Shown in pieces: positions 51,901 to 63,655 of a stretch of 64,000 bases of DNA. Position numbers and translations under genes: made by a program. Numbering within the stretch: the stretch's first letter is position 1; each line of letters opens with the position of its first letter. The notes beneath the pieces were generated by a model. The model had not been told where the DNA came from, made no database searches, and saw only the letters and a program-made list of their open reading frames with translations. The stretch lies in the NCBI RefSeq assembly GCF_001194135.2, contig NC_068988.1, positions 71,566,011 to 71,630,010 of the forward strand, given 5' to 3'. Source of the stretch: Octopus bimaculoides. Lineage: Eukaryota.

Positions 51901-52029
51901 AAAGCTAGGAATACAAGAGAGAGAGAAGGCAATAAGTAGAATGACTAGAATAGAAGTTACTTCTATTCTAGCCTTTCTACTTACTCCCCTTCTCTCTCTC
52001 TCTGTGTCCCTCTTGTATTCCTAGCCTTT
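51901..52029. repeat. 129-bp imperfect foldback palindrome
   Basis: Perfect 13-bp stem CTAGAATAGAAGT/ACTTCTATTCTAG around T51958; outer arms GCTAGGAATACAAGAG / CTCTTGTATTCCTAGC. Confidence 0.9.
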
Positions 52030-52091
52030 GTCGGTGTAGCTTTCTCGGCAATCTGTATATGCTATGATGTATATTAAAATTAAAATAATAA

Positions 52092-52338
52092 TGCGCCCTT
52101 TTAAAGCCTAGCTAGGCTCATGCGCCCGGTTTCCCGGTTTCAATGGCGTATGTGTTCCCCAGCTGGACGGGACGCCAGTCCATCGCAGCATTACTCTTTA
52201 TTTCCAGCTGAGTAGACTGGAGCAACATGAAATTAAGTGCTTTGCTCAAGAACACAACTCGTCGCCCGGTTCAAGAATCGAAACCACAATCTTACGACCA
52301 TGTGCTGACACCCTAACCACTAAGCCACGCGCCTCCAC
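52092..52338 (-). mobile_element. tRNA-derived SINE with CORE-like domain (third SINE family)
   Basis: Reverse complement GTGGAGGCGCGTGGCTTAGTGGTTAGGGTGTCAGC..GGTTTCGATTC..GTGTTCTTGAGCAAAGCACTT..GGCGTCCCGTCCAG..; ATT tail. Confidence 0.8.
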
Positions 52339-55300
52339 ATAATGTATATTAGGTTGTCTGAATGCAGATGTTTCTACTTTTAACTGTAAGGCCCAATTTG
52401 AAATAGAATTCGGAACCTTCCCATAAGCAGCTACATATTCTACAGTTGGCCGCTTACATTTACTTTAGGGCCAGCCGTTTAAGCTTGTAGCACTGGTTAA
52501 TATTCTTTTTAACGATTGTGTTTACATCTTGTTTTTTGTTTGCTCCTTACTTTAGATTTTTTCCAAGACTTTTTCATTTTTCGCTCCAGTTGTAATATTG
52601 ATTGATTTAGATATATGTTGGTGAAAAATTCGGTGTTTCCTGGACTAAACATTGAAATATATGGAATAGTATTTCTTTCTTGAGTCTCGTTGTTCGAAGT
52701 TCTTCAATGTCAATATATCTGACTCTCTGATAAACAAATTTCATCAGTGTTGTGGCGTATTTTTATTATAACTATGTGTTTCCATTCAGTTAATCTTCGG
52801 TCTCTTGTTTGATACAAAAGTGCATATACTTTTGGCGAGACTGAATGGGAAGTTGCTTCGTTTGCTTTGGGAAACATGATGTGAAGAGATGGTAATGTCG
52901 TGAGTCGGTGTGTTTAAAGTATACATCGGTTACCAGTCGTGAATTTCCTATTATTAATAGAACAGTGAGCTGGAAGTATGGTTAGCAGTGAGCCAGCAGA
53001 ATTGTTAGCACACCAGCGAAATGGTTAGCGAAAGGTCGCCTTTGCCTTTCATCATTTCAGGGTCGATAAAAAAGGCACCAGTTGAATACTGGGTTGGAAA
53101 TTTTTTGGGCGATGTGTTTCGCACACACTCACACACACACGCAAATATATGTGTTTGCGTATGTGTGTGTGTGTATGTTTGTGAGTGGGCGTATATATAT
53201 ATATATATTATTATTATTATTATTGATAAAATTATAAAGTAGCTCTTATACACTCTCACATGCGTGTGTGCATTTGCGCACTTATGTATGCGTATGTATA
53301 TGTACGTATTTGTATGGATAGAAGTGGGTGTATACATGTTTCTGCATAGTTATGAACATATGAACATATGTGTTTTCCATGCATTTCACATTTATACAAC
53401 CTCTAAGTGTTTGTTCAATTATGCTGCGAAACAAAAATTCTGGACTATGGTTATTTTGTAGCGTTCGATATAATCATCAAATCTCATTTCCATTTTCCCC
53501 TTTTTCCTTATACATTATAATCAGTATTTTTTATGGACAATATCATTATCAACATCTTAAGCATAATATCGCTTTCGTCCCTTTCGCTATTTCCCCTCGC
53601 CATCATCACTTACTTGAAAAATCTGTTAACAGGCGTATTTCCAGTCATAATCTGTCGCTAACTCTAGAATGTAATTGTGTTTGAATTGATATGAATTCAT
53701 CGAAAATGTTTTTCCACTATCAAAGTTTTATATGTTTGGGGTGAGCTATTGTGTGTATTCGTGTACCTGTGTATATGTTTACATAAATATATTCAATATT
53801 GATGTAAACATATAAACTGTGAATTATGAGTATTGTATATGATTTCCATATATAATATTCATTGATAACGACGCTGTTTTGGAAAATTTTGTTTTTACAT
53901 TGTGGTTGACGACCTTACAGCATTATTATACTGTTTTTGCAGTGACAATATTTTGTTTCTGCCTTTCATAACAAGATGCATTCTTCACTTCTCTTGCAAC
54001 ATGATTGTATGATATGGTCTGTCTTGTTATGTCATATTTAAAACTCAACAATCAAATATGCGAAGCATGTTTCTTCTATGTAAAACGCAACCAAAGTACT
54101 TATGACGCAAAGATATTAACATAACAATACAATGTTAAGGGAAACGGTATAATTACAGACGCAACAACGTAGTGCATTTATGAATAAAAGTAAAATAGAA
54201 ATTATACATTCAATATTTACTTCGATTGAAAGATTGCAACAATTTCCATGTATACATTTATTTATAACAATGTGTTTCCATTGTGATGGTTATATATAAA
54301 TTTATGGTAGGGTGCTGGCCGATTCGTTAAAGTGTCGTTATAATGGATTGGTGCTATTTATTCTAACTCTTTACGTTCATAGTTCAAAACCCACTGTAGT
54401 CAGCTTGTCTTTCCATCGCTCCAGATTCCGTAAAATAAAATACCAACCACGTCCTGGTTCCAATTAAACGCCGGCCATTCTACACTGCCAGCCTCTCTAC
54501 ACTGCCGGCCTTATATATATCTTATCTATAGAACTGGTAGATTTATTAGCACGCTAGGCAAAATGCTGCGTGGCATTTACATTCTGTCTTCAAGTGGAGA
54601 ACTTTCTCCCGGGACTATTTCCGCAGCAAAACTGCTTGTTATTTCCGAATACGCTCGAATGTGTTAAATACGAATTTACACGTATATATTCTGTTCGACG
54701 TCGCTTCGAGCAGCATTAGTTATTTCATTTAGCGTCACTGAGCTTTACACCCATTCGCAAAAATTCCATAGACTGTTTAAATAAGAATATAACAACTGAA
54801 TAAAAAATACAACGTGAACTACACGGATATCTTGGTATGAAATTTTAATTGGTCATCAATTCCAAAACTTTACATGAGAGTGTTTGCTTAAACTTACATT
54901 CAATATCTTACTATATATGGCTGCAAAGGAGGTTCTTTTTATTGGACAAGATTAGTTAAGGCTTTTCGAAACCTTTCCAGATGGATGTAAATGAACAGGA
55001 ACATTGAGTACAAATACTGCATGAAAACAGAAAGGTGACAAATGTTTTTTGTGTCCAGTAACAATAAAATGTAAGCCATTCGCAACAAATGCTGTAAACA
55101 AATGTGAGCAACTACAATCTCAGAACAAATCTGAAAGTCTGAAAGTGATCTCTAAAACTGATTTTATTTAGAAGATAAATAAAGCAATATATTAATAAAT
55201 AAACACCAGATTTCATGCGAATAATCCAGATACACGCGAGCGTTACTCGTCATCTAAATAAAACATAAATCTAAGCTTTTAAGACCAAATACGGTAAAAC

Positions 55301-57045
55301 GAATGGCATATTTGATTATATTTGATGTTTTGTAAAATCTAGAATACTGAACACAGTAATTATTTCTAAAACACTTTATTCAATTTTAAGAGACTAACTG
55401 AAAAAAATTGAATGAATGCAAATGATTTTGAATTTTTACAGAACAATCAGTAACAAACTTGGAAAAAATTACAGGTAGTGTTTTTCATGATGAAAATCAA
55501 TTATGCCGAACCCCTATTATGACAGGTAGCGAGTCTAGGTTGAGAGTTTACATTATACTGAATTAAGGCCAGAGTAATTAATGGTTGACACCTCTCACTC
55601 GCAGTGTCTTCATATACAAGGGAAGGAGGTTGTTTGTAGTCCTATGAATTTTGCATATTATGGGAAGAGCGCAAGATTCTAAATGAAAATTGCCTGGAAC
55701 CTTTCCTTGCTCAAACAAATTACAAAACAGACAGACTGTTAGAACAAAATAGACTATGATATGATATAGTATATGTCGATATTTTAAAGTTTAACGACTT
55801 GCCAGTAAACGTTGCTTTTCAGCTAATGTCATCGGGAATTGTTTAAGAGGCACTCCAAGCAATAAACCTGTTGCTATATATCTAATATATTCGTTAATAC
55901 AAAGCCAATATATTTATTAATTATGTTCATTTGATTCTTGGTCTGATATTAAATATAGTTTCTGAAGTTAGTAATTCAAACATTGAAAAAATCACTTTTG
56001 CTATCGGTCGACGCATCATAAATGACGAGGAAAATTAATAAAATGCAATGTTAGAAAATGTCAATGAATAACTATTTCAGATTGTTATAACTACAAGTCC
56101 CTAATAGCTGCCTAAATACAGAGGTTTTAATTTCACTATAATTGTTATTGGCTTTATCCAGTAAATGACAAATGCTTTATAATGAAGGTGCTGGAAGAGG
56201 GTTAGAATCACATGGAAACATGATACAATTAACCGAAATAAAATCTCCTCATTATCTTTACGTCATCATTTTCCGAAGATATGCTTCTTGGTTATCCAAT
56301 TACTTTACATGATTTATTTTCTGTGTAACACACGCCTACACAAGAATAATTACACGTGACAATTTTAAAACATATGCGTTCTTTATGTGAATGTCAATGT
56401 TTTACGCCTGAGAAATTGTCATTAATTAACGTCGGATCCCTGATGAAATAGAGGTATCCGTGACCGAACTTTTTTTTTATAAATATTTAGGGTTACATGA
56501 TCTCATGTACCCTTTCAATGTAAAAAGAAGGTAAAGTACTATTCGTATCATTTGAGAAAGATTTGGATGCTATTTATAAAACAGTACAACTACTTCGTGC
56601 AATGATTCACAATCTTTAGCAACTCGACACCTCCTACCACAGCATGGTGTGTGTTACAAAAGTTCCCTCGCAATCATTTTCTAATAAAAATAAATTAAAT
56701 TAATCAAATATAAGTAAATCATAAGACTGAATTATTATCCAGATGTTCTTACACGTCATATTCATCATATGCTTCTTGGTTGCAAATGCATATATTATGT
56801 TAAAATTTCATAAAAGTTATTAAATACACCAACTATACTAACTATACATACATATATGCATAATACATGCATACATACAATAATGCATACATAAATAAAT
56901 CACACTTGGAAGGTTATGCACTTGAAACCTAAGAGCAAGAGACTGCTATAAAATATAAACAATAGAAACAGTAAAACACTTCGAGCCCCAAGTTGCAACA
57001 GGATATACAGATTATGCCATGTTTCCGTGGAAATCATCTCATACG

Positions 57046-57265
57046 TGTAGTGGTGTACGTAGCTAGATAGTTGAATGATCTCCCTTGCGAGAAAGTTAAT
57101 AGAGTAACCTCCTTTCTCTAAGTTTCTCGAAACATCTGTGTCATTAGACGTGATTCTTAATTATTCAAGAAGCTTAGCCTTCCTCTTGGAAGCTTCTAGA
57201 ATGTCTAGCGTTCCATTAATAAAAACAGCTTGCTAACCTAGTTCTTCGCTCTTTAGTCGATTAGA
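57046..57265 (+). repeat. 5' LTR
   Basis: TGTAGTGGTG..GTCGATTAGA; 26 mismatches and no indels versus the 3' LTR (hand count). Confidence 0.9.
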
Positions 57266-57424
57266 CTTGCTGCACCACCACAGGAAGAGAACAGAAAAGA
57301 CCACTTTAACACTCCTGCTGAAATACAAGCTTTCGACGATGTTAAACAAAATCTCTTCTACATTATTTACATTATTTACATTATTTACATTTGACGGATA
57401 TTTGTCCTCATCTTGTTTGTTGTT

Positions 57425-57470
57425 AACACAACGTTTCGGCTGATATACCCTCCAGCCTTCGTCAGGTGTC
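57425..57470 (-). ncRNA. minimal type-I hammerhead ribozyme (apparently intact)
   Basis: GACAC-CUGACGA-A-GGCUG(GAGGGUAUAU)CAGCC-GAAA-CG-UU^GUGUU: stem I GACAC/GUGUU, 5-bp stem II, full core, palindromic ACGU stem III. Confidence 0.8.
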
Positions 57471-57522
57471 TTGGGGAAATTTTGAACCTGGGTTCTCATT
57501 CCTAACGATGTTACTATTATTA

Positions 57523-57591
<69 letters not shown>

Positions 57592-57853
57592 TATTAATCA
57601 GGTCGCTGCCGTGAATCGAACAACACTGGAAAATACGAAAACTAAAAGAAGCAGCACATATGCTAGGACACAACAACCTCCTAAGGAGACCGAGTGCAGA
57701 TATGAATAGCATATGGGAACCGGTATTGAGGAAGGATAGAAAAATAATAGATTTATAAGCCCTAAAATTCACTCCATAAATGCCCACAGTAATAATAATA
57801 ATAATATAATAATAGTAACATCGTTAGGAATGAGAACCCAGGTCCAAAATTTC

Positions 57854-57899
57854 CCTCCCTGACGAAGGCTGGAGGGTATATCAGCCGAAACGTTGTGTT
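57854..57899 (+). ncRNA. second hammerhead copy with destroyed stem I
   Basis: Identical core and stem II, but the 5' strand reads CCTCC instead of GACAC. Confidence 0.65.
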
Positions 57900-59794
57900 A
57901 ACAACAAACAAGATGAGGGCAAATATCCGTCAAATGTAAATAATGTAAATAATTCCTCATCTCTTAAATATAGAACTGTAAAATCTCTTCTGTCTTCATG
58001 TTTTACTCATAATGCCGGAATTTCTCTTGTAGTCGACGCGTCCGAAATTGGCGTCGACGCAGTCATTCAACAACTCCACCATGGCGAATGGCAACCTCTG
58101 GCGTTTTACTCTAAGCAGTGAAAACCAGCTGAAGCTAAATATAGCGCGTTCAGTCGCGAACTGTTATCTACTTACTTCCCAGTTAAACACTTCCAACACA
58201 CTGGAAGGGAGAAACTTCACAATATTTACAGACCATAAGGAGTTATCTTTCGCTTTAGACTGAAAGCCAGATAAATTTTCTTCGAGCGATATTCGACATT
58301 TGGATTACATTTCATAATTCACGTGTGATATACGATATATTCTAGGTTCCGAGAACATTGTTGCAGATTCTGTATCCCGTTTACCTGTAAGCACATTATT
58401 TTCAGCTGCAGGAATTAACTTGGACAAAATGTCTGAAGATCAACCATCCGTTGATTTGAACAAAACACAACAACCAGGACTAATTCCTTTCGACCTCCAA
58501 CTTTACCCAGTTGCAACATCAAACAGGCAGATCCTTTGCGATATTTTTTCTGGTAAACTTCGCCCTTTACTTCCCTAAAAGCATCGTTGTATCGTTTCCT
58601 CAGCACTACACATTTCACATCCTGGTATAACAGTAACATTGAAGCTTATTCAGCTCGTTTCTTTTGACCGAACATACGTCGAGACATAGCTAATTGGACT
58701 CGTACCTGTGTCGATTGTCAAAGATCCAAGGTACAAAAACATATCCGTGCACCGTTAGGTACTTTCTCCACTCCAGATGCACGATTCCAGCACATACATG
58801 TTGAAATAGTAGGACCTCGGACTGCGAGTTAGGGCTACACATTTTTATTAACCTATATCGACCGTTTATCTCGCTAGCCAGAAGTTATTCCACTCACAGA
58901 CATCTCTTGTCTAACTGTGGCACAAGCTTTAATCACAGGATGGATCTCTCGTTTCGGAACACATGTAAAAATAACAACAGACCGCGGACGTCAATTTGAA
59001 GATAAGCTTTTACAGGAGCTTATCAAGATGTTAGGAAGTAAACACATCCATTCCACAAGTTACCATCCATTTTCGAACGATATGATCGAAAGATTTCATC
59101 GGCAGCTTAAAGCTTCGTTGTGTGCTTCTACTGATTCATCTCGATGGATTTAATTTTTTCCTATTGTTTTCTTGGGCCTCTGCTCTTCTGTCAAAGCAGA
59201 TATTGAATATTCTCCTGCAGAATTACTTTATGGTTCTTCCTTGACGCTGCCTGTTCAAATGATTGTTTCTGCTAAGACACAAGATATCGATACTACAAGT
59301 TCCATTGAACGCTTGCGTGATTATATGTCAAAGTTACCACATATGAACACCAGGAAACAAGACATTAAAACATATTTGCTCGAGGACTATTCTTCCTAGA
59401 CTCATGTTTTTGTTTACAATGATGTCGTTAAACATCCTTTAACAGCACCGTATGCAGGACTCGTTCGTGTGCTTTCTTGTACAGATAAAGTTTTCACCGT
59501 AAACTTCAACGGTCGTACAGACACTATTTCTGCTGATAGACTAAAAAGGGCTCACATTGAAAAAACTATTTCCAACCTCACTACAGACAACACACACACA
59601 CAGCATTAAAAACGCGTTCTTTGCACTCAACTCCATGAACTCTGACTACCAAAAGCGGTAGACATGTGTATTGACCCAAGAATTTAACAAACATTTATTA
59701 CATCTGAACTGTTATATTGTTTGTTTTGACATTTTAGGATGTATAGATTTTTATTATTTTCATTATTGTATACCGTTAGCTATGCTAGAGGGTA

Positions 59795-60014
59795 TGTAGT
59801 GGTGTAGGTAACTAAATAGTTGAATGCGCTCCGTTGCAAGAAAGAGCATAGAGTAACCTCCCTTTTCTAAGTTTCTCGAAACATCTGTGTCATGAGATGT
59901 GATTCTTAATTATTCAAGAAGCTTAGCGTTTCTGTTGGAAGTTTCTAGGATGTCTAGCATTCCATTAATAAAAACAGCATGCTAACCCAGCTCTTCGCTT
60001 CTTAGTCGATTACA
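59795..60014 (+). repeat. 3' LTR
   Basis: TGTA..TACA termini, preceded by AGAGGGTA. Confidence 0.9.
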
Positions 60015-60849
60015 CTAAAACCTATTCACGTCATTGCTATGTCCGTCTATTTCTCTACGTCACATGACTGAAAACCACCACTTAGCTGTTATTTCTACAT
60101 TTTCTAATTCTGAACTTTCTTGCATATATTACTTCATTCAACTAGATTTTACATTTTGATTCTCTGTATCATCATCGACCAGTAAATAAAAAATATTTTT
60201 ATGTAGTAAATATATAGGTCTTGAACTTATTTTTCATCTCTTTATGAACTATTGTTATAACATACACGCAGCCACATCAACACCTTGTACTGACTATATA
60301 TCTCCACTACACATGTAATCAGCAGTTGCTCCTCAAAAACTTCCTACTGCAACATTTTGCTTAAAACAATATAGTCGCCTTTTGGAAACAAATTGACTGC
60401 TCTGAGATAAATATAGAGAAAACCTGTTATTTTAATTACACTTTAATTGCTATTGGTTTTATCCAGGAAATGACAAACGGTCTATAATGTGGATGCCAGT
60501 AGAGGGTTAGAGATATATCCATTTAAATGAATCTGGCAATTATGCATGTAGGTACTTCAACATGATCACAGAAATATTTGTAGAATATTTTCGTAACAAC
60601 TTCTACCAAGGGAAAACATTACAGGCAAGATGTCCTTATCTCTTCGAAATATTAAAAAAGATAAATAGGAGAGTTATGGAATTCTGTTTCGAGCCTTCGA
60701 ATTCTATGCACAAATTATAAATTCATATTTATACTATTAATAATCAGTATGCTTGTGAGAAAATGCCTAAATGACAATCTGGAATAGTTAGAGTTTTCCG
60801 AAAAAGAAATCAACAAGTTAGCACACATAACCTGGTATACAGGATAGAA

Positions 60850-62100
60850 TCGAGCCTTATAAACCTAGAACAACACTTAAAAGTTTGAAATGTCATAAGC
60901 CGTACTTTGCTATAAACCTTACTGTTAGGCTCATTTGCCCTTCCATATCAAACTGAGGGAGATTAGATAAATTAATTATAGATAAGCACTTATCCACGCT
61001 TAAGAAAGTATTTAAATTAGATTTATGGACAAATTCGTTTGAGGTTCTGCAATGGTTCAAGGATTTTAAGCATAAGAAAATTGGCAAATTCATTGAAATA
61101 GATATATTTCTAACTACTATGTATCCATTATTTACATTATTTACAAATATCCGTCAATTGTAAATAATTTAAATAATGTACATAATTCCTCAACTCTCAA
61201 ATATAGAACTGTCCTATGTATCCATCAACCTCATAAATAAGGCACTCATTTTTACGAGGAAAAAGTTTAGATTAACTAAGAATTAAATCGACAAGGAAAA
61301 AATTATAGAATTTCAGGGTAAGATTTGGACTAGGAAGAATTGAGCTAATAGTTTCGATATCACTAAGGTGACGAGCAACTTTGGAGGAATATATATTATA
61401 AAGTACCTAAATGGGGAGTTTCCTGAATTAGGGGAAAGATTATGTTCACCATCCGTAATTGTAGCAAAAATAACATTGTAAGGTATAAGAAAATACACAT
61501 TTTTAAAAATATCATCTCTGTAGAAACAGAACACTATAAGGCATTTTTTTTAGATATTACATTTGGTGCTGGACTGCATCACACATTTCACAAACTGAAG
61601 AAAAATCTTAAGTACGTTAGTCGCAACTCAAATTATCCAAGATATTTTATAAACTTTATAGTCAAGAAATCTTTTGACAGCACAAATGATATTACAACCT
61701 ATCCCTAACACAAGCGGGTTTCAGCGAACAAATTAAATACACCCCAAATAGCAATGCGGCTAAAGATAGTACTGTTAGAAATTAGACGTATTCTAATTAT
61801 GGGATTACCATAATAGAAGAAAATATTCCAGGACTAGTTGTAAAGAATATAATAGGAAATTTAATCATAACGCAAACAGTATGGTCGGATCAACGGAAAT
61901 AGGACCGCCCTCAACTAACAAAAAAAAGATAAGCTAAATGAGCATAAACATAAGAGTTCTCGCAGTGACACTAGTTTGAGTAAATCCACTGATATTACCA
62001 GGCCCCCAAAATGATATGTTTAATGTTAATAAGCGTCAACTAGAGGAAGATAACGAGTGACTATAGGGATAGACATAATCGTCTAAACAGGATTACTCGT
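60850..62100 (+). mobile_element. old degraded Penelope-like relic
   Basis: KCHKP, FFLDITF and NYPRYFINFIVKK resemble PLE RT/thumb motifs; boundaries uncertain. Confidence 0.4.
61129..61213 (+). mobile_element. 85-bp non-coding mini-insertion of the 57.4-kb PLE family with 12-bp TSD
   Basis: CTATGTATCCAT at 61117-61128 and 61214-61225; insert is inverted TATTTACATTATTTACA plus AATATCCGTCAA..AAATATAGAACTGT, the same 3' end as 57979. Confidence 0.85.
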
Positions 62101-62434
62101 AATCCGAGCAGACTAATCACTCACGAAATTGTAAGGATGTATAGTGGTAAATAGTGTAACTCTGAGAAAGGAAGAAGTAGATCAAAGCAAGTAGCTTGAT
62201 ATAATGCATCATTCCGTGCCCAAACCGCTACTAATATCCCGAGAAAATTCTTCACGGCGCTCCAGCATTTCCTACCATCAATCCTATATGGGAAATTTTT
62301 TACATGCGTTCAGTTAAGTTTTCATAATCAACCACAAGGGACATGGCAAATGTCATAGCTTCTCACAACGCACATAAAATAAGAGATTTCATGCTTAAAC
62401 ATACAACAAACTTAAGCAGTAACAAAAACTGTAG

Positions 62435-62436
<2 letters not shown>

Positions 62437-62495
<59 letters not shown>

Positions 62496-62535
62496 GCCGC
62501 TGCTGCTGCTGCTGCTACTGTTGCTGCTGCTATGT
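62437..62535. repeat. (ACT)n-(GCT)n compound microsatellite
   Basis: Direct reading. Confidence 0.95.
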
Positions 62536-62659
62536 CTGCTACTGTTGCTGCTGCTAAGCACACTGAAGTCTGTGGAAAGAGACTCTGAGAACTTTGATAC
62601 TAGGTTGCTCTCCGGTCTCAAGAGCACTGAGAAGTAGAATATATAATAATAATTTAAAA

Positions 62660-62693
62660 AATAACAACAACAACAACAACAACAACAATAATA

Positions 62694-62736
<43 letters not shown>
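62660..62736. repeat. (AAC)n-(AAT)n microsatellite
   Basis: Direct reading. Confidence 0.95.
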
Positions 62737-63407
62737 TGCCCTGATGCAGCATCAGACAGTGATTCACATGGCTTCTAGTCTCAACTGATTGGAAGTGTTA
62801 GTAAGTACATTGCTTTGTCTTGGTGTAAAAGATTAGCTACAGAAAATATTCTGCTCAATACCACAGATTTGCTTGTCAATTGTTTGACCTTAACCAGTTA
62901 AGCATGTCCGTTGGCTGGTGACGATACGTGCATCTTTGATCATGACCAGAAGTAGTGGGGGTGTATCATAGTCATGAGTTGAGGGGAATTCACCTCTGGA
63001 AACATGGATGTTTTGTTCAACATCCTTAAACAACCCTTATTTAGAGACCTTTTAAGGTTTGGATAATTCACCTCTGGAAACATAGCCATGTGTTGAAAGG
63101 AATTCTTTAGAATTTGAAAAATTCACCTCTGGAAATATAAGTGTTTCATTCATCATCTTTAAACAACTCTAATTTAGAGAGATTTTCAGCGGGATTGGTT
63201 ACTCGCTCAAAAGAAAATTCTAAATGGGCCTCACCTGCAAGGTCATGCGCTGTGTATCTTGATATAAGATCTCCATGTCGCGTACATATGGTCGTGATGC
63301 ATGTGCCTGGTGTACTCTTATAAGACGGGTAGTCATGATGGGTGAATTGGGCTTCGTATATTTAACCCCGGGGTTACGTTGATGGCATGCGTTGATCTCT
63401 CACTCAA

Positions 63408-63408
<1 letters not shown>
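62737..63408. mobile_element. unclassified non-coding interspersed element embedded between (AAT)n-type tracts
   Basis: Higher-complexity ~670-bp block bounded by trinucleotide tracts, with three internal AATTCACCTCTGGAAA copies; recalled as a high-copy octopus repeat (not verified). Confidence 0.55.
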
Positions 63409-63439
<31 letters not shown>

Positions 63440-63440
63440 A

Positions 63441-63522
<82 letters not shown>

Positions 63523-63655
63523 AAGAAGAAGAAGAAGAAGAAGAAGAAGAAGAAGAAGAAGAAGAAGAAGAAGAAGAAGAAGAAGAAGAAGAAGAAGAAG
63601 AAGAAGAAGAAGAAGAAGAAGAAGAAGAGGTAGAAGAAGAAGAAGAAGAAGAAGA
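63407..63655. repeat. (ACT)n-(AAT)n-(AAG)n compound microsatellite
   Basis: Direct reading. Confidence 0.95.

Larger units (their letters stand above)
57360..57979 (+). mobile_element. 5'-truncated Penelope-like insertion: inverted pLTR + GIY-YIG tail + pLTR, with 12-bp TSD
   Basis: AAAATCTCTTCT at 57348-57359 and 57980-57991; arms ~57360-57530 (-) and ~57790-57979 (+); 57618-57758 encodes EQHWKIRKLKEAAHMLGHNNLLRRPSADMNSIWEPVL (GIY-YIG C-terminus). Confidence 0.92.
57046..60014 (+). mobile_element. Ty3/Gypsy LTR retrotransposon, internally deleted (no gag/protease/RT core)
   Basis: Two 220-bp LTRs; AFDDVKQNL connection, LVVDASEIG..WQPLAFYSK..RELL..TIFTDHK RNase H, HPG..CVDCQRSK zinc finger, GWISRFG..ITTDRGRQFE..YHP..MIERFHRQLKASL integrase, HPLTAPYAG GPY/F-like motif; purine tract before the 3' LTR. 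Confidence 0.92.

Noticed and set aside
55442-55474. 33-nt candidate microexon (TTTTTACAG|...ACAG|GTAGTG)
   Set aside because: Weak donor, no recognisable peptide and no partner exons; needs RNA-seq.
57041-60019. Target-site duplication and primer-binding site for the Gypsy element
   Set aside because: Flanks ATACG and CTAAA do not match, and no clear TGG-starting PBS follows the 5' LTR.
62980-63140. Three 16-bp direct repeats as a CRISPR-like array
   Set aside because: Eukaryotic context, too few and too short repeats, spacers homologous to each other, no cas genes.
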